A DNA stretch of 53,216 nt from an uncultured Ruminococcus sp. (GCA_947176075.1 CAMWPG010000001.1:1-53216); one strand, 5' to 3'. Shown: positions 17,877-28,066, counted from the stretch's first letter. The notes: generated by a model not told the origin, from the sequence alone. Made by a program: numbers and translations.

Positions 17877-18857
17877 ATGATTATTGGCGCTTTGATTGTT
17901 ATTCTTATTGTTGTACTGGTTCTTATTTCAAGAATAAAGATAGTACCGCAGTCAAATATTTATGTTGTAGAGAGATTGGGTGCATTTTATAAGGCGTGGG
18001 AAACCGGTATACATTTTCTTGTTCCTTTTATAGATAGAGTATCAAGAAAGGTTTCTATAAAGGAACAGGTTGTAGACTTTAAGCCGCAGGCTGTTATTAC
18101 TAAGGATAACGTAACTATGCAGATAGATACGGTTGTGTTTTTTCAGATTACAAATGCGGTGCAGTATACCTATGGTGTAGAGCGTCCTGTTGCAGCTATT
18201 GAAAATCTTACGGCTACCACACTGCGTAATATCATCGGTGAGCTTGAGCTTGATGCAACACTTACATCACGAGATATCATCAATACAAAGATCACAGAAA
18301 CGCTTGACCTTGCAACTGACAGATGGGGAATCAAGGTTATTCGTGTAGAGCTGAAAAATATTCTGCCACCGCGAGAGATTCAGGATGCGATGGAGAAGCA
18401 GATGAAGGCAGAGCGTGAAAAGCGTGAAAAGATTCTTCGTGCAGAAGGTGAAAAGCAGTATCAGATCACTGTTGCAGAGGGTGAAAAGGAAGCAAGGATC
18501 CTTCGAGCAGAAAGTGACAAGCAGACTGAGATACTTCGTGCAGAGGCTGAAAAGCAGGCTACTATTCTTCGTGCGGATGCTATTCGTGAAGAGAAGATCA
18601 GAGTTGCTGCCGGTGAAGCAGATGCTATTGATATGGTACAGAAGGCATATGCAGGCAGCCTTGTAATGCTTAAAAATGCTGCTCCTGATGAAGCTGTTTT
18701 GCAGCTTAAGGCGATAGAAGCTTTTGGTAAGGCAGCAGACGGCAAGGCAACAAAGATCATTATTCCAAGTGAGATACAGGGAATAGCTGGTCTTGTAAGC
18801 GGCATAAAGGCAGCAGCCGATGGAACGGCATCAGCGCCTGAAAATGTTAAGAAGTAA
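17877..18857 (+). CDS. SPFH/band-7 (stomatin-like) protein
   Basis: VVERLG, ITKDNVT, TTLRNIIG, QMKAERE. Confidence 0.93.
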   Translation: MIIGALIVILIVVLVLISRIKIVPQSNIYVVERLGAFYKAWETGIHFLVPFIDRVSRKVSIKEQVVDFKPQAVITKDNVTMQIDTVVFFQITNAVQYTYGVERPVAAIENLTATTLRNIIGELELDATLTSRDIINTKITETLDLATDRWGIKVIRVELKNILPPREIQDAMEKQMKAEREKREKILRAEGEKQYQITVAEGEKEARILRAESDKQTEILRAEAEKQATILRADAIREEKIRVAAGEADAIDMVQKAYAGSLVMLKNAAPDEAVLQLKAIEAFGKAADGKATKIIIPSEIQGIAGLVSGIKAAADGTASAPENVKK

Positions 18858-18860
18858 AAT

Positions 18861-18899
18861 AAAAAAGAGCTGTTGCATTGATTTGCAGCAGCTCTTTTT
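18861..18899. terminator. Bidirectional intrinsic terminator
   Basis: AAAAAGAGCTGTTGCA/TGCAGCAGCTCTTTTT between convergent genes. Confidence 0.85.
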
Positions 18900-18928
18900 G
18901 CATAGATTATTTGGTAATACCTTTAATA

Positions 18929-19768
18929 TTATACTCTTTCAACAGGAATCCATATTTCACTGTAGTTATCTTCCGGATTTTCTGCCGGCGGTGTATACAT
19001 TTCAATACTATAATTACCGGCAAATTTGTATTCTTTGCAATTTACGATCCATTCGCTCCAGATTTTTGTATTAACATCCTGAATCGCTTTTGGAATCGCT
19101 CCACGGCAGGGAAATACAGCCCATGTTCCGGCAGGAATAACTCTTGTAGTATATCCATCAGGGACTTCATTCCAAGGAATATAGTTATCTGCGATCATAT
19201 AGTCGAAATTCTTACCGTCAGCATTAATACATATGCCGTACATACCGCATACGACATCTCCGCCTCCATTTTGAAAATGTTCTGTCCAGAACTTCGGTAT
19301 CTCTTCGTAAGATGTATCGGAGTTAAACCTCCTTGATCTTCCCATTACTGTAAATGCTGCCTTTTCAACGATTTTGTACTCAATCATAGTACCGCCCTCC
19401 AATGTTAGTTTGATTTTCAGCGGAGCAAAAGATTTAAGGCTTGTTCCGCTTTTTGATGCAGCTGAAGGAGAAACTCCGTGAAATTTCATAAACGCTCGTG
19501 TAAAGCTGTCAGGCGAATTGTATCCGTATTTTACTGCAATTTCAATAACTTTTGCATTAGAGTGCGAAAGCTCCTCTGCTGCAATTGTAAGTCTGCGCAT
19601 ACGTATATATTCACCTACTGTAAAACCACACAGTACGCTGAATATTCTCTGAAAATAAAACGGTGAAAGATAAGACTTTTCAGCGATATCATCAATATGC
19701 AGATCTTCCGTGAGATTTTGTTCTATATAGCTTATTGCATTCTGAATGCCCTCCGCTAAGCCGTTCAT
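18929..19768 (-). CDS. AraC family regulator with a C-terminal GyrI-like effector-binding domain
   Basis: AraC HTH (YIRMRRL, YGYNSPDSFTRAF) plus GyrI-like IPAGTWAVF..EIWIPV. Confidence 0.92.
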   Translation of the reverse strand: MNGLAEGIQNAISYIEQNLTEDLHIDDIAEKSYLSPFYFQRIFSVLCGFTVGEYIRMRRLTIAAEELSHSNAKVIEIAVKYGYNSPDSFTRAFMKFHGVSPSAASKSGTSLKSFAPLKIKLTLEGGTMIEYKIVEKAAFTVMGRSRRFNSDTSYEEIPKFWTEHFQNGGGDVVCGMYGICINADGKNFDYMIADNYIPWNEVPDGYTTRVIPAGTWAVFPCRGAIPKAIQDVNTKIWSEWIVNCKEYKFAGNYSIEMYTPPAENPEDNYSEIWIPVERV

Positions 19769-19857
19769 TTGAAACCACGACCTTTCCTTAACTGCATTTT
19801 TATTATAACATATACTATTAAAATATTCTCGACTTTTTCTGCTCACTTATGTGGGAA

Positions 19858-19900
19858 TTAAAGAAACGGCAGTACCGCAGCGGTGCGATACTGCCGTTTT
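19858..19900 (-). terminator. Terminator of the TPR gene
   Basis: AAACGGCAGTA/TACTGCCGTTT stem. Confidence 0.7.
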
Positions 19901-19916
19901 TATTGCAAATAGTAAA

Positions 19917-20930
19917 TTATTTTGCCTTTTCCAGAGCATCAAGTGTTCTCTTGACCTCCGGATCATTAGTGAGACCGTAGAGAATGCGGAAGTATATTCT
20001 CGCACGGGTCTTATCACCCTCCTGAACGCTCGCCTTGCCAAGTGCAGCCACAACGCCGACAACTTCATCATTTGCGCCGGGTTTTATGCCGTACTTTTCA
20101 AAAGCATTATTTACAAGTTTTCTTGTAGGAGGAGTGAGCTTTTTACCCATTTTTCTCTGAATATAGCTCAGCTCAGAGGTAACAATAGGATTATCAGCAT
20201 ATATCATAGCTTCATAGTAGAAGCATATAGCACTTTCATAATCCTCTATCTCTGCGCAGTAAAAGCCGAGATTGCAGTAGCAGCGTGATATTTCTTCCGG
20301 TGCAGTGGCAATGCTGAGAGTTTCCTTTGTGCATCCAAGCAGATTGTCTGTCTGCTGCATTACTTTGTAGCATTCAGCCATTTCAAAGTATGCATCTGTA
20401 TTCAGAGGGTTATATCGTATAGCATCCTCCAGAACAGAGACAGCTTCTTCTGGGCGCTGTGCCTCCAGCAGACTGTATCCATGCAGCATAACCATACGTG
20501 ACAAATCAAATGGAGGACGTTCCAGACGCTTTGAAGGCTGATAGAAATACAGATAAAGCTGATGCTCCAAAGGATTTCTTAGACTGAGGTACATCTTTTC
20601 TTCAGTTTCACGGTAAGAAATTCGGATCTTTGTATAAAGAGCCTCTGTGAGCTTAAATGCCTCTTCATTCTTTCCTTCATCGATAAGCTTTATAGCGTCA
20701 TTCATGATAACATCCATACGTTTGCCGTCAATGTACATCATTCGAGCCATTTCTTCTTTTTTCTCATCGGGCAGTATCTCATAAGCCATTTCTGCGATGC
20801 CGCTTTCAATTTCAGCTGCATTTTCATGTCCTTTGTATTTTGTGACCTGACCCTCAAGATACACCATATCAACGCCGTATTCTCCGGTCATTCCGTCACG
20901 GATTTCCTGTAAAATTTCCTGTGTACTCAT
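19917..20930 (-). CDS. Tetratricopeptide-repeat protein
   Basis: TPR-like helices (AIRYNPLNTDAYFEMAECY; YCNLGFY..A). Confidence 0.75.
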   Translation of the reverse strand: MSTQEILQEIRDGMTGEYGVDMVYLEGQVTKYKGHENAAEIESGIAEMAYEILPDEKKEEMARMMYIDGKRMDVIMNDAIKLIDEGKNEEAFKLTEALYTKIRISYRETEEKMYLSLRNPLEHQLYLYFYQPSKRLERPPFDLSRMVMLHGYSLLEAQRPEEAVSVLEDAIRYNPLNTDAYFEMAECYKVMQQTDNLLGCTKETLSIATAPEEISRCYCNLGFYCAEIEDYESAICFYYEAMIYADNPIVTSELSYIQRKMGKKLTPPTRKLVNNAFEKYGIKPGANDEVVGVVAALGKASVQEGDKTRARIYFRILYGLTNDPEVKRTLDALEKAK

Positions 20931-20984
20931 TTAAATTTATTAAACTCCTTTTCTCGTGGAATGCTCTCCACTGCTATTCAAGAT

Positions 20985-21013
20985 ATTATACCATATTTTC
21001 ACATAAAATGCAA
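20985..21013 (-). promoter_or_regulatory. SigA promoter of the TPR gene
   Basis: TTGCAT-17 nt-TATAAT with TG extension. Confidence 0.65.
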
Positions 21014-21019
21014 CACTTT

Positions 21020-21646
21020 TTATTGCTTTTTTATTGGATTTATATAATTTACCTTTTTCATATCCTTTGAATTCTTTTTGTTCTTTTTCTTTTTACGTAC
21101 AGACCAGCCGAAATCGCCGAGTTTTCGACCCAGTGCAAAATATTCTCCGTGTGCATATGCCATAAGTCCGCACTGCTGTAGGTTAAGCTTTCCCTTGCTG
21201 TCAATGTATTTTTCTTCGGCATTTACGCCGGTTATTTCTGCAATGAACATCGTATGACTGCCCAATTCTTTTGTTTCTGTTACCTTACATTCAAGGTTCA
21301 CAGGACATTCAGCTATCATAGGAGCACTTACAGTCTGCGCAGGTGCGGCAGTAAGACCGCACATAGCAAATTTATCCGTATCCTTGCCGCTTCTGACTCC
21401 GCAGAAATCAGTTTCCCTGCACATGGAGGAAGTAGTCAGATTTATAATAAACTCACGCTGCTTCATGAGTATAGGGTATGAATGACGTGAAGGTCTTACT
21501 GATATATAGGTCATAGGCGGATGTGTTGACAATATTCCTGTCCATGCTATAGTGAGAACATTTGGTTCTTCGATCGAGCCGCAGGATACGAGGGCGGCAG
21601 GTACAGGAGCAAGAAGCACACTGCCTTTCCAGTGTTGTTTTGCCAT
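21020..21646 (-). CDS. Flavin reductase-like (flavoredoxin) protein
   Basis: PVPAALVS, AWTG, CGVRSG..DKF, ECPVNLEC, GSH. Confidence 0.88.
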   Translation of the reverse strand: MAKQHWKGSVLLAPVPAALVSCGSIEEPNVLTIAWTGILSTHPPMTYISVRPSRHSYPILMKQREFIINLTTSSMCRETDFCGVRSGKDTDKFAMCGLTAAPAQTVSAPMIAECPVNLECKVTETKELGSHTMFIAEITGVNAEEKYIDSKGKLNLQQCGLMAYAHGEYFALGRKLGDFGWSVRKKKKNKKNSKDMKKVNYINPIKKQ

Positions 21647-21765
21647 AAGGAATCTCCTTTTTCATTATATATAGCAAACGTCAAGTAAATCTGTCGTTCA
21701 CTATAAAAGTATTTTACCATGTTCAGAGCGGTCTTGTCAATACAGGAAAAATTCATTTTCCACTC

Positions 21766-21794
21766 TTTACAATATAAGAAAATCATGATATAAT
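21766..21794 (+). promoter_or_regulatory. SigA promoter for lepA
   Basis: TTTACA-17 nt-TATAAT with TG extension. Confidence 0.7.
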
Positions 21795-21829
21795 TATCAT
21801 AAAAACGAAATCCAAAGGAGTAGAATGTA

Positions 21830-23632
21830 ATGATGGACAACATTCGCAATTTCTGTATTATTGCCCACATTGACCATGGAAAGTCAACTCTGGCAGATCG
21901 TATTCTTGAAAAAACATTTACGGTTGCTGAGCGTGATATGGAAGAGCAGATACTTGATAATATGGATATAGAACGTGAGCGTGGGATCACTATAAAGGCA
22001 CGTGCCGTTCATCTGAATTATAAAGCAAAAGACGGAGAGACTTATATTTTCAATCTTATAGATACGCCGGGGCACGTTGACTTCAATTATGAAGTTTCAC
22101 GAAGCCTTGCTGCCTGTGAGGGCGCAATTCTTGTGGTAGATGCCTCTCAGGGCATTGAAGCACAGACTCTTGCAAATACCTATCTTGCAATCGAGCATGA
22201 TCTTGAAGTAGTTCCGGTCGTGAATAAGATAGATCTTCCGGCAGCTGATCCTGAGCGTGTATGCAATGAGATCGAAAATATTATCGGTATCCCTGCAATG
22301 GATGCACCAAAGATCTCTGCAAAGGCAGGGCTGAACATTGAAGAGGTTCTGGAGCGTATTGTAACAGACATCCCAGCGCCTAAGGGAGATCCCGACGCTC
22401 CGCTTCAGGCACTTATTTTTGACAGCTATTATGATGCTTATAAGGGTGTTGTAATATATATCCGTGTAAAGGAAGGCACTGTGAAAGTAGGCGATACGAT
22501 ACGTCTTATGGCTACATGGTCAACATTTACGATAGTTGAAGCAGGTTATATGGACACAAACCAGCTTGTAAATACAGGCGTTCTTCGAGCAGGAGAGGTT
22601 GGATATCTGACTGCTTCAATAAAGAGCATTGGTGATACACAGGTAGGCGATACTGTTACACTTGATGATAATCCATGTGCAGAGCCGCTGCCCGGTTATC
22701 GTCAGGCAAATCCTATGGTATTTTCAGGAATATATCCGGCAGACGGTGCAAAATACGGCGATCTGAGAGAAGCACTCGAAAAGCTTCAGCTAAATGATGC
22801 ATCCCTTACCTTTGAGCCTGAAACATCTATTGCACTTGGCTTTGGCTTCCGCTGCGGGTTCCTTGGACTTCTTCATATGGAGATAATTCAGGAAAGGTTG
22901 GAGAGAGAGTATAACCTTGATCTTATAACTACAGCACCGTCTGTTATATATCGTGTTACTCTTACAAACGGCGAGGTAGTATTTATAGATAATCCGTCTA
23001 ACTATCCCGATCCTGCTGTTATTCGCCTGGCAGAAGAGCCGATGGTAAAGGCTGAGATACTCACACCGTCTGATTTTGTTGGAAATGTAATGGATTTATG
23101 TCAGAACAGACGAGGCGTATTTCACGATATGCAGTATATTGACGAAAATCGTGTAAGCCTGAAATATGACCTTCCGCTGAATGAAATAGTTTACGACTTT
23201 TTTGATGTACTGAAATCACGTACAAAGGGATATGCTTCATTTGATTATGTTCTGAGTGAATATGCTCCTTCTAAGCTTGTAAAGCTGGATATTCTTCTTA
23301 ATGGCGATATGGTGGATGCACTGTCATTTATTATCCATGCTGACAAGTCTTATGAACGTGCAAGAAAAATGGTTGAAAAGCTTAAAGAGAACATTCCAAG
23401 GCAGCTCTTTGAAGTGCCTGTTCAGGCTGCCATTGGCGGTAAGATCATTGCCCGTGAAACTATAAAAGCAATGCGTAAGGATGTTCTTGCAAAATGCTAT
23501 GGCGGTGATATTACACGTAAAAAGAAGCTGCTTGAAAAGCAGAAAGAAGGCAAAAAGAGAATGCGCTCACTCGGTACAGTAGAAGTTCCGCAGGAGGCGT
23601 TTATGAGCGTACTCAAGCTTGATACGGAATAG
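21830..23632 (+). CDS. lepA: Translation elongation factor 4
   Basis: [35 protein letters not shown]. Confidence 0.98.
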   Translation: MMDNIRNFCIIAHIDHGKSTLADRILEKTFTVAERDMEEQILDNMDIERERGITIKARAVHLNYKAKDGETYIFNLIDTPGHVDFNYEVSRSLAACEGAILVVDASQGIEAQTLANTYLAIEHDLEVVPVVNKIDLPAADPERVCNEIENIIGIPAMDAPKISAKAGLNIEEVLERIVTDIPAPKGDPDAPLQALIFDSYYDAYKGVVIYIRVKEGTVKVGDTIRLMATWSTFTIVEAGYMDTNQLVNTGVLRAGEVGYLTASIKSIGDTQVGDTVTLDDNPCAEPLPGYRQANPMVFSGIYPADGAKYGDLREALEKLQLNDASLTFEPETSIALGFGFRCGFLGLLHMEIIQERLEREYNLDLITTAPSVIYRVTLTNGEVVFIDNPSNYPDPAVIRLAEEPMVKAEILTPSDFVGNVMDLCQNRRGVFHDMQYIDENRVSLKYDLPLNEIVYDFFDVLKSRTKGYASFDYVLSEYAPSKLVKLDILLNGDMVDALSFIIHADKSYERARKMVEKLKENIPRQLFEVPVQAAIGGKIIARETIKAMRKDVLAKCYGGDITRKKKLLEKQKEGKKRMRSLGTVEVPQEAFMSVLKLDTE

Positions 23633-23642
23633 GAGTGATATT

Positions 23643-23978
23643 ATGAGTAAGAAATCTGTTTATGAATGTCCGCATTGCGGCGAGAAGAGCTTTAATCCTC
23701 TTACAAAGGCTCTTGCCGGAGGACTTAATTCACAGGGAAAGGTATGTAAGTCTTGCGGCAGACGCTGTTGTAACGGAAAGGTATCGACTATAGTAAATGC
23801 TGTTATTTATGTTATCGCACTTATTGGTGTATTGCTGTGTTATTTCCTTGTAAATAATAATATGACCGCATATATATCAATGGCGGGATGTATTATAGGA
23901 GCATGGCTTTTTGGAAAAATATTTGACGCATTTTTTCTGCCCATGACAAAGGTTATCAGAAATGATATACGCAGCTGA
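23643..23978 (+). CDS. Small CxxC...CxxC Zn-ribbon membrane protein
   Basis: CPHC-x22-CKSC followed by two hydrophobic helices; SD AGGAG. Confidence 0.7.
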   Translation: MSKKSVYECPHCGEKSFNPLTKALAGGLNSQGKVCKSCGRRCCNGKVSTIVNAVIYVIALIGVLLCYFLVNNNMTAYISMAGCIIGAWLFGKIFDAFFLPMTKVIRNDIRS

Positions 23979-25059
23979 TACACTTGGGATCTATATCCAT
24001 GTGCCGTTTTGTCTGAGAAAATGCCCTTATTGCGACTTTTATTCATGTGAAAACCGCCTGCATGAGCGCGATGCTTATGTGCAGGCGGTTTGCCGGAATA
24101 TTGGATATTACGGAAGTCAGATGAATTTTTGCAGAAAGGTTGACACAATATATTTTGGCGGAGGCACTCCATCGCTTTTGTCGCCGGAAAACATTTTAGA
24201 AATGCTTTGCTGTATAGATAAATATTTCATTGTTAAATCGCCGGAGATCACAATGGAGGTGAATCCTGCTACTGTTACTATTGAGCGACTTTTGGGATAT
24301 CGTAAAGCCGGAGTGAATCGTTTATCAATAGGTTTACAGGATCTTCATAATGAATCACTTACGTCGCTCGGCAGACTGCACACGGCAGAGCAGGGGATTA
24401 AAACTGTAATGTCGGCAGTAAAATCAGGATTTGAAAATATCTCATGTGATATTATGATAGGCACAAAGGGACAAACGGAGGAATTGCTTTACAGTACGCT
24501 GAAGCATATCGTGTCACTTCCGATAAAACACATTTCCGCATATATGCTGAAAATAGAGGAGGGTACTCTGTATGCAAGGCAAAATATGCAGGATCTTGTT
24601 CCCGATGGAGATGCAGTGGCAGAGCTTTATCTAAATATGGTGTCATATCTGAATGAAAATGGCTTTTCACAGTATGAAATTTCAAATTTTGCAAAAGAGG
24701 GTTTCGAGAGCCGTCATAACTGTCGATACTGGAAGCTTTCGCCGTATATTGGAATAGGTCCGTCTGCACATTCTTTTGTTGATAAAAGATTTTATGTTCC
24801 GTCTGAGCTTGATTCGTTTATAAAAGAAGAATATCAGACGACTTTAACAGAAGATGAATATCCTGACTTAGAAACAGAGCACATAATGCTTGGACTGAGA
24901 CTTAGCGAAGGGATACCGATTGAATGGCTTAATATAAGACAACAGAAAATCACCGAGCGATTTGTCAAAGGAGGTCTTATGGAAAGATTTTCAGATAGAA
25001 TACGATTTACGCCGCATGGTTTTCTTGTTTCAAATGCTGTTTTGTGTGATATTTTATAA
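23962..25059 (+). CDS. hemW: Radical SAM heme chaperone HemW (HemN-like)
   Basis: YIHVPFCLRKCPYCDF, GGGTPS, YEISNF, HN..YW. Confidence 0.88.
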   Translation: MIYAADTLGIYIHVPFCLRKCPYCDFYSCENRLHERDAYVQAVCRNIGYYGSQMNFCRKVDTIYFGGGTPSLLSPENILEMLCCIDKYFIVKSPEITMEVNPATVTIERLLGYRKAGVNRLSIGLQDLHNESLTSLGRLHTAEQGIKTVMSAVKSGFENISCDIMIGTKGQTEELLYSTLKHIVSLPIKHISAYMLKIEEGTLYARQNMQDLVPDGDAVAELYLNMVSYLNENGFSQYEISNFAKEGFESRHNCRYWKLSPYIGIGPSAHSFVDKRFYVPSELDSFIKEEYQTTLTEDEYPDLETEHIMLGLRLSEGIPIEWLNIRQQKITERFVKGGLMERFSDRIRFTPHGFLVSNAVLCDIL

Positions 25060-25062
25060 TTT

Positions 25063-25098
25063 ATAGCAAACGACAAATATATTTGGAGTTTGCTATTT
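25063..25098 (+). terminator. Stem-loop after hemW
   Basis: ATAGCAAAC/GTTTGCTAT stem. Confidence 0.5.
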
Positions 25099-25158
25099 GC
25101 CGATACGCACGGGGCGAACATAGTGAGCGTATGTGTGAGGCAATTTAAAAGCAGCACT

Positions 25159-25186
25159 GAATAAAGTTTCTATAGAAGCCCATACT
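25159..25186 (+). promoter_or_regulatory. Possible sporulation-sigma promoter for spoIIR
   Basis: GAATA-17 nt-CATACT resembles SigG/SigE-class consensus; which sigma cannot be assigned. Confidence 0.35.
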
Positions 25187-25204
25187 TTCACTGAGGTGAG
25201 AGCT

Positions 25205-25807
25205 ATGAAAAAAATAGAAATTGCAGCAATACTTGGATTTGCAGCTGCTATTATGATCTCTTCATTCGCTGCAAGCGCAGATACCCTGAAAAATCTTGAA
25301 AATGATGTTCTTAGACTTCATATTCTTGCAAACTCCGATTCCTATGACGATCAGCTTTTGAAGTATGCTGTTCGTGATGCGGTTTTAGAGCAGGGGTCAT
25401 GCTATTTTGAGAATATTTCTTCTTTGGAAGATGCAAAGGCTACAGCCGAGGGCTGCCTTCCGGCACTTGAGGAGATAGCACGTAAAACAGTTGCGGAAAA
25501 AGGCTATGATTATACCGTTACTGCGGAATATGAAAAAATTATATTTGATGAACGTGTTTATGAAAATGTTACAATGCCGGCGGGAGTTTATGATGCTGTA
25601 AGAATAAATATAGGCAGTGCGGAAGGACAGAACTGGTGGTGCGTTATGTATCCGCCGCTGTGTGTTCCGGCAGCTTCGGCAAATGAGACTACAGAAGAAT
25701 ATTTTACAAAGAACGAGGAAGAAATGCTGTTGCAGCCGCAGAAATTCCGATATAAGCTTAAATGCCTTGAATGGCTTTCGGAGTTGTGGAAGAACGTGTG
25801 TGAATAA
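25205..25807 (+). CDS. spoIIR: Stage II sporulation protein R
   Basis: LRLHILANSDS..DQ..K..VRD and GQNWWCVMYPPLC. Confidence 0.93.
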   Translation: MKKIEIAAILGFAAAIMISSFAASADTLKNLENDVLRLHILANSDSYDDQLLKYAVRDAVLEQGSCYFENISSLEDAKATAEGCLPALEEIARKTVAEKGYDYTVTAEYEKIIFDERVYENVTMPAGVYDAVRINIGSAEGQNWWCVMYPPLCVPAASANETTEEYFTKNEEEMLLQPQKFRYKLKCLEWLSELWKNVCE

Positions 25808-25830
25808 AATGTAAAAAAATCACCGCCGTA

Positions 25831-25859
25831 TTGACAATGTAAAAATAGTAATGTATAAT
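25831..25859 (+). promoter_or_regulatory. SigA promoter of infC-rpmI-rplT
   Basis: Perfect TTGACA-17 nt-TATAAT. Confidence 0.9.
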
Positions 25860-25865
25860 AAACAG

Positions 25866-26010
25866 AGTAAACAAAGTAGAGCATCACAGTTCTCACCGTT
25901 TGGTTTTGATCGAAACGGTCAATATATTTTGTTTGGCGTCTGTGGCATAAAGCAGATGCAGACAGGGTATTACGAGGAGTGCTCACTGTGTGATGCACTC
26001 ATTTTTGTTT
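25866..26010 (+). promoter_or_regulatory. L20 leader (r-protein attenuator)
   Basis: AAGTAGAGC..TTCTCACC 5' motif and terminator GAGTGC..GCACTC-ATTTTTG ahead of infC. Confidence 0.8.
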
Positions 26011-26039
26011 GTAATTAAAATGTTTGGAGGTGCTGGCTT

Positions 26040-26558
26040 ATCAGCAAACAAGAGCTGCAGATCAATGAAGAAATTCGTGATAAGGAAATTCTGCTCATTG
26101 ACAGCGACGGAACGAAACTGGGAAATATGTCGGCAAGAGACGCACAGAAGCTTGCGTATGACAAGGATCTTGATCTTGTAAAGATCGCACCGCAGGCAAA
26201 ACCGCCGGTATGCCGTATAATGGATTACGGTAAGTACTGTTTTGAACAGCAGAAACGTGAAAAGGAAGCCCGTAAGAATCAGAAGATTGTTGCGATAAAG
26301 GAGATCCGAATGTTTTCTGCAATTGATACTCATGACTTTGAAACAAAGATCAATCAGGCAAAGAAATTCCTGACAGGCGGCGATAAATTAAAGGTTTCCG
26401 TAAGATTTCGTAAGCGTGCTATTGCACATCCGCAGATTGGCGAAGAACTGCTTGAGAAATTCAAGGAAGCTTGTGCAGCTGTTGGTACTGTTGAAAAGCC
26501 TGCAAAAATGGAAGGCCGCAGTATGGTCATGTTCATTTCACCGAAAGCATCCAAGTAA
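26040..26558 (+). CDS. infC: Translation initiation factor IF-3, non-AUG (ATC) start
   Basis: Frame is open upstream of 26127 through conserved INEEIR; SD GGAGGTG sits 7 nt before ATC at 26040; PPVCRIMDYGKY. Confidence 0.93.
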   Translation: MSKQELQINEEIRDKEILLIDSDGTKLGNMSARDAQKLAYDKDLDLVKIAPQAKPPVCRIMDYGKYCFEQQKREKEARKNQKIVAIKEIRMFSAIDTHDFETKINQAKKFLTGGDKLKVSVRFRKRAIAHPQIGEELLEKFKEACAAVGTVEKPAKMEGRSMVMFISPKASK

Positions 26559-26573
26559 AAGGAGGATATATCC

Positions 26574-26777
26574 ATGGCAAAGGTTAAGACAAAAACACAT
26601 TCTGGCGCAAAGAAGCGTTTCAAGCTGACAGGCTCAGGTAAGCTGAAGTATCAGAAGACAAATAAGAGACACAGACTTACACAGAAGGATACAAAGCGTA
26701 AGAGAATCGCTCGTACCGCAGGTGTAGCAGACGTTACAAATGCACCAGCACTGAAGAAGCTGCTGCCGTATCTCTAA
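26574..26777 (+). CDS. rpmI: 50S ribosomal protein L35
   Basis: [17 protein letters not shown]. Confidence 0.97.
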   Translation: MAKVKTKTHSGAKKRFKLTGSGKLKYQKTNKRHRLTQKDTKRKRIARTAGVADVTNAPALKKLLPYL

Positions 26778-26828
26778 TCTGAGAAACGCATTGGGAAAAC
26801 ATAAATAGAAAATCGGAGGTAGAAGATT

Positions 26829-27182
26829 ATGGCACGTGTTAAGGGTGCAATGATGACTCGTAAGAGAAGAAATAAGACATTAAAGCTGGCAAAGGGCTAT
26901 TGGGGCAGCAAGAGTAAGCATTTCAAGATGGCTAAGCAGGCTGTAATGAAGTCCGGCAATTATGCTTATATTGGAAGAAAGCAGAAGAAGAGAGAGTTCA
27001 GACAGCTCTGGATCACAAGAATTTCTGCTGCTTGCAAGATGAATGGTATCAACTATTCTACATTTATGAACGGCTGCAAGAAGGCTGGCATTGAACTGAA
27101 CAGAAAGATGCTGTCTGAGATTGCAATCAATGATGCAGCAGGCTTTACTGCAATTGTTGAAAAGGCAAAGGCAGCTCTGTAA
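26829..27182 (+). CDS. rplT: 50S ribosomal protein L20
   Basis: [26 protein letters not shown]. Confidence 0.98.
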   Translation: MARVKGAMMTRKRRNKTLKLAKGYWGSKSKHFKMAKQAVMKSGNYAYIGRKQKKREFRQLWITRISAACKMNGINYSTFMNGCKKAGIELNRKMLSEIAINDAAGFTAIVEKAKAAL

Positions 27183-27192
27183 TAAGTAATTG

Positions 27193-27228
27193 AAGCACGC
27201 TCTGGTAAAATACGGAGCGTGTTTTGTT
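27193..27228 (+). terminator. Terminator of the rplT operon
   Basis: AAGCACGCTC/GAGCGTGTTT stem plus T-tract. Confidence 0.8.
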
Positions 27229-27244
27229 ATAAGGAGGAGCCCGA

Positions 27245-28066
27245 ATGAACTATGGATATAAAAAAATTACAGCAAGGGACAATCCGGAAGTAAAGCTGTA
27301 CAGAAGGCTTTCAGGAATTAAGAAGGCAAGAATGCAGGAGAAAAGCTTTGTTCTTGAGGGATACAGGCTTGTGCTTGATGCACTGAAAAACGGTGCGCCG
27401 ATAAAAAATATTTTTATTACAGATGATGCATTTTTAAAATATGGCGGAGAGCTTTCTCATTTTGAAAATGGCAGCTTTAGAGTGAATATTATTTCCAAAG
27501 AGCTTGGTGAATACATGGCAGAGACTGAATGTCCGCAGGGAATTTTTGCGGTATGCAGCATGAATGCGCAGATTCAGCTGTCTGAATTTCTTAAAAATGG
27601 CAGTGCCTTTGTCGTGCTCTATATGCTTCAGGATCCCGGAAACGCTGGAATGATTTTGAGAACAGCTGATGCACTGGGTATAAGCGGAGTGATTTTCTGC
27701 AAAAGCTGCGATATTTACAGCCCAAAAGTTGTAAGAGCTACGATGGGTTCTCTTTTTCGTGTTCCGGTAGCTGTGTGCAATGATATAAACGAGCTTTTTT
27801 TCGAACTTGAAACAGCTGGAATTGAAAGTGATGCCGCAGTTGTGCAGGGACAGGCAGAGCTTGTTGGACAAAGTGAATATGATCGTAAAAGACGGGCTGT
27901 ATGGATCGGCAATGAGGGCAATGGTTTGGCGCAGGAGGTAATATGCCGATGCAGCCGCAGAATTACTATACCTATGCACGGAAATATTGAGTCTCTGAAT
28001 GCTGCAATGGCGGCAGGCATTCTTATGTGGGAAATGATGAAAGGAAAAGCTTATGGAAATGCTTGA
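27245..28066 (+). CDS. TrmH/SpoU family RNA 2'-O-methyltransferase
   Basis: QDPGNAG..LRTA, GNEGNG, IPM..ESLNAAMA. Confidence 0.92.
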   Translation: MNYGYKKITARDNPEVKLYRRLSGIKKARMQEKSFVLEGYRLVLDALKNGAPIKNIFITDDAFLKYGGELSHFENGSFRVNIISKELGEYMAETECPQGIFAVCSMNAQIQLSEFLKNGSAFVVLYMLQDPGNAGMILRTADALGISGVIFCKSCDIYSPKVVRATMGSLFRVPVAVCNDINELFFELETAGIESDAAVVQGQAELVGQSEYDRKRRAVWIGNEGNGLAQEVICRCSRRITIPMHGNIESLNAAMAAGILMWEMMKGKAYGNA

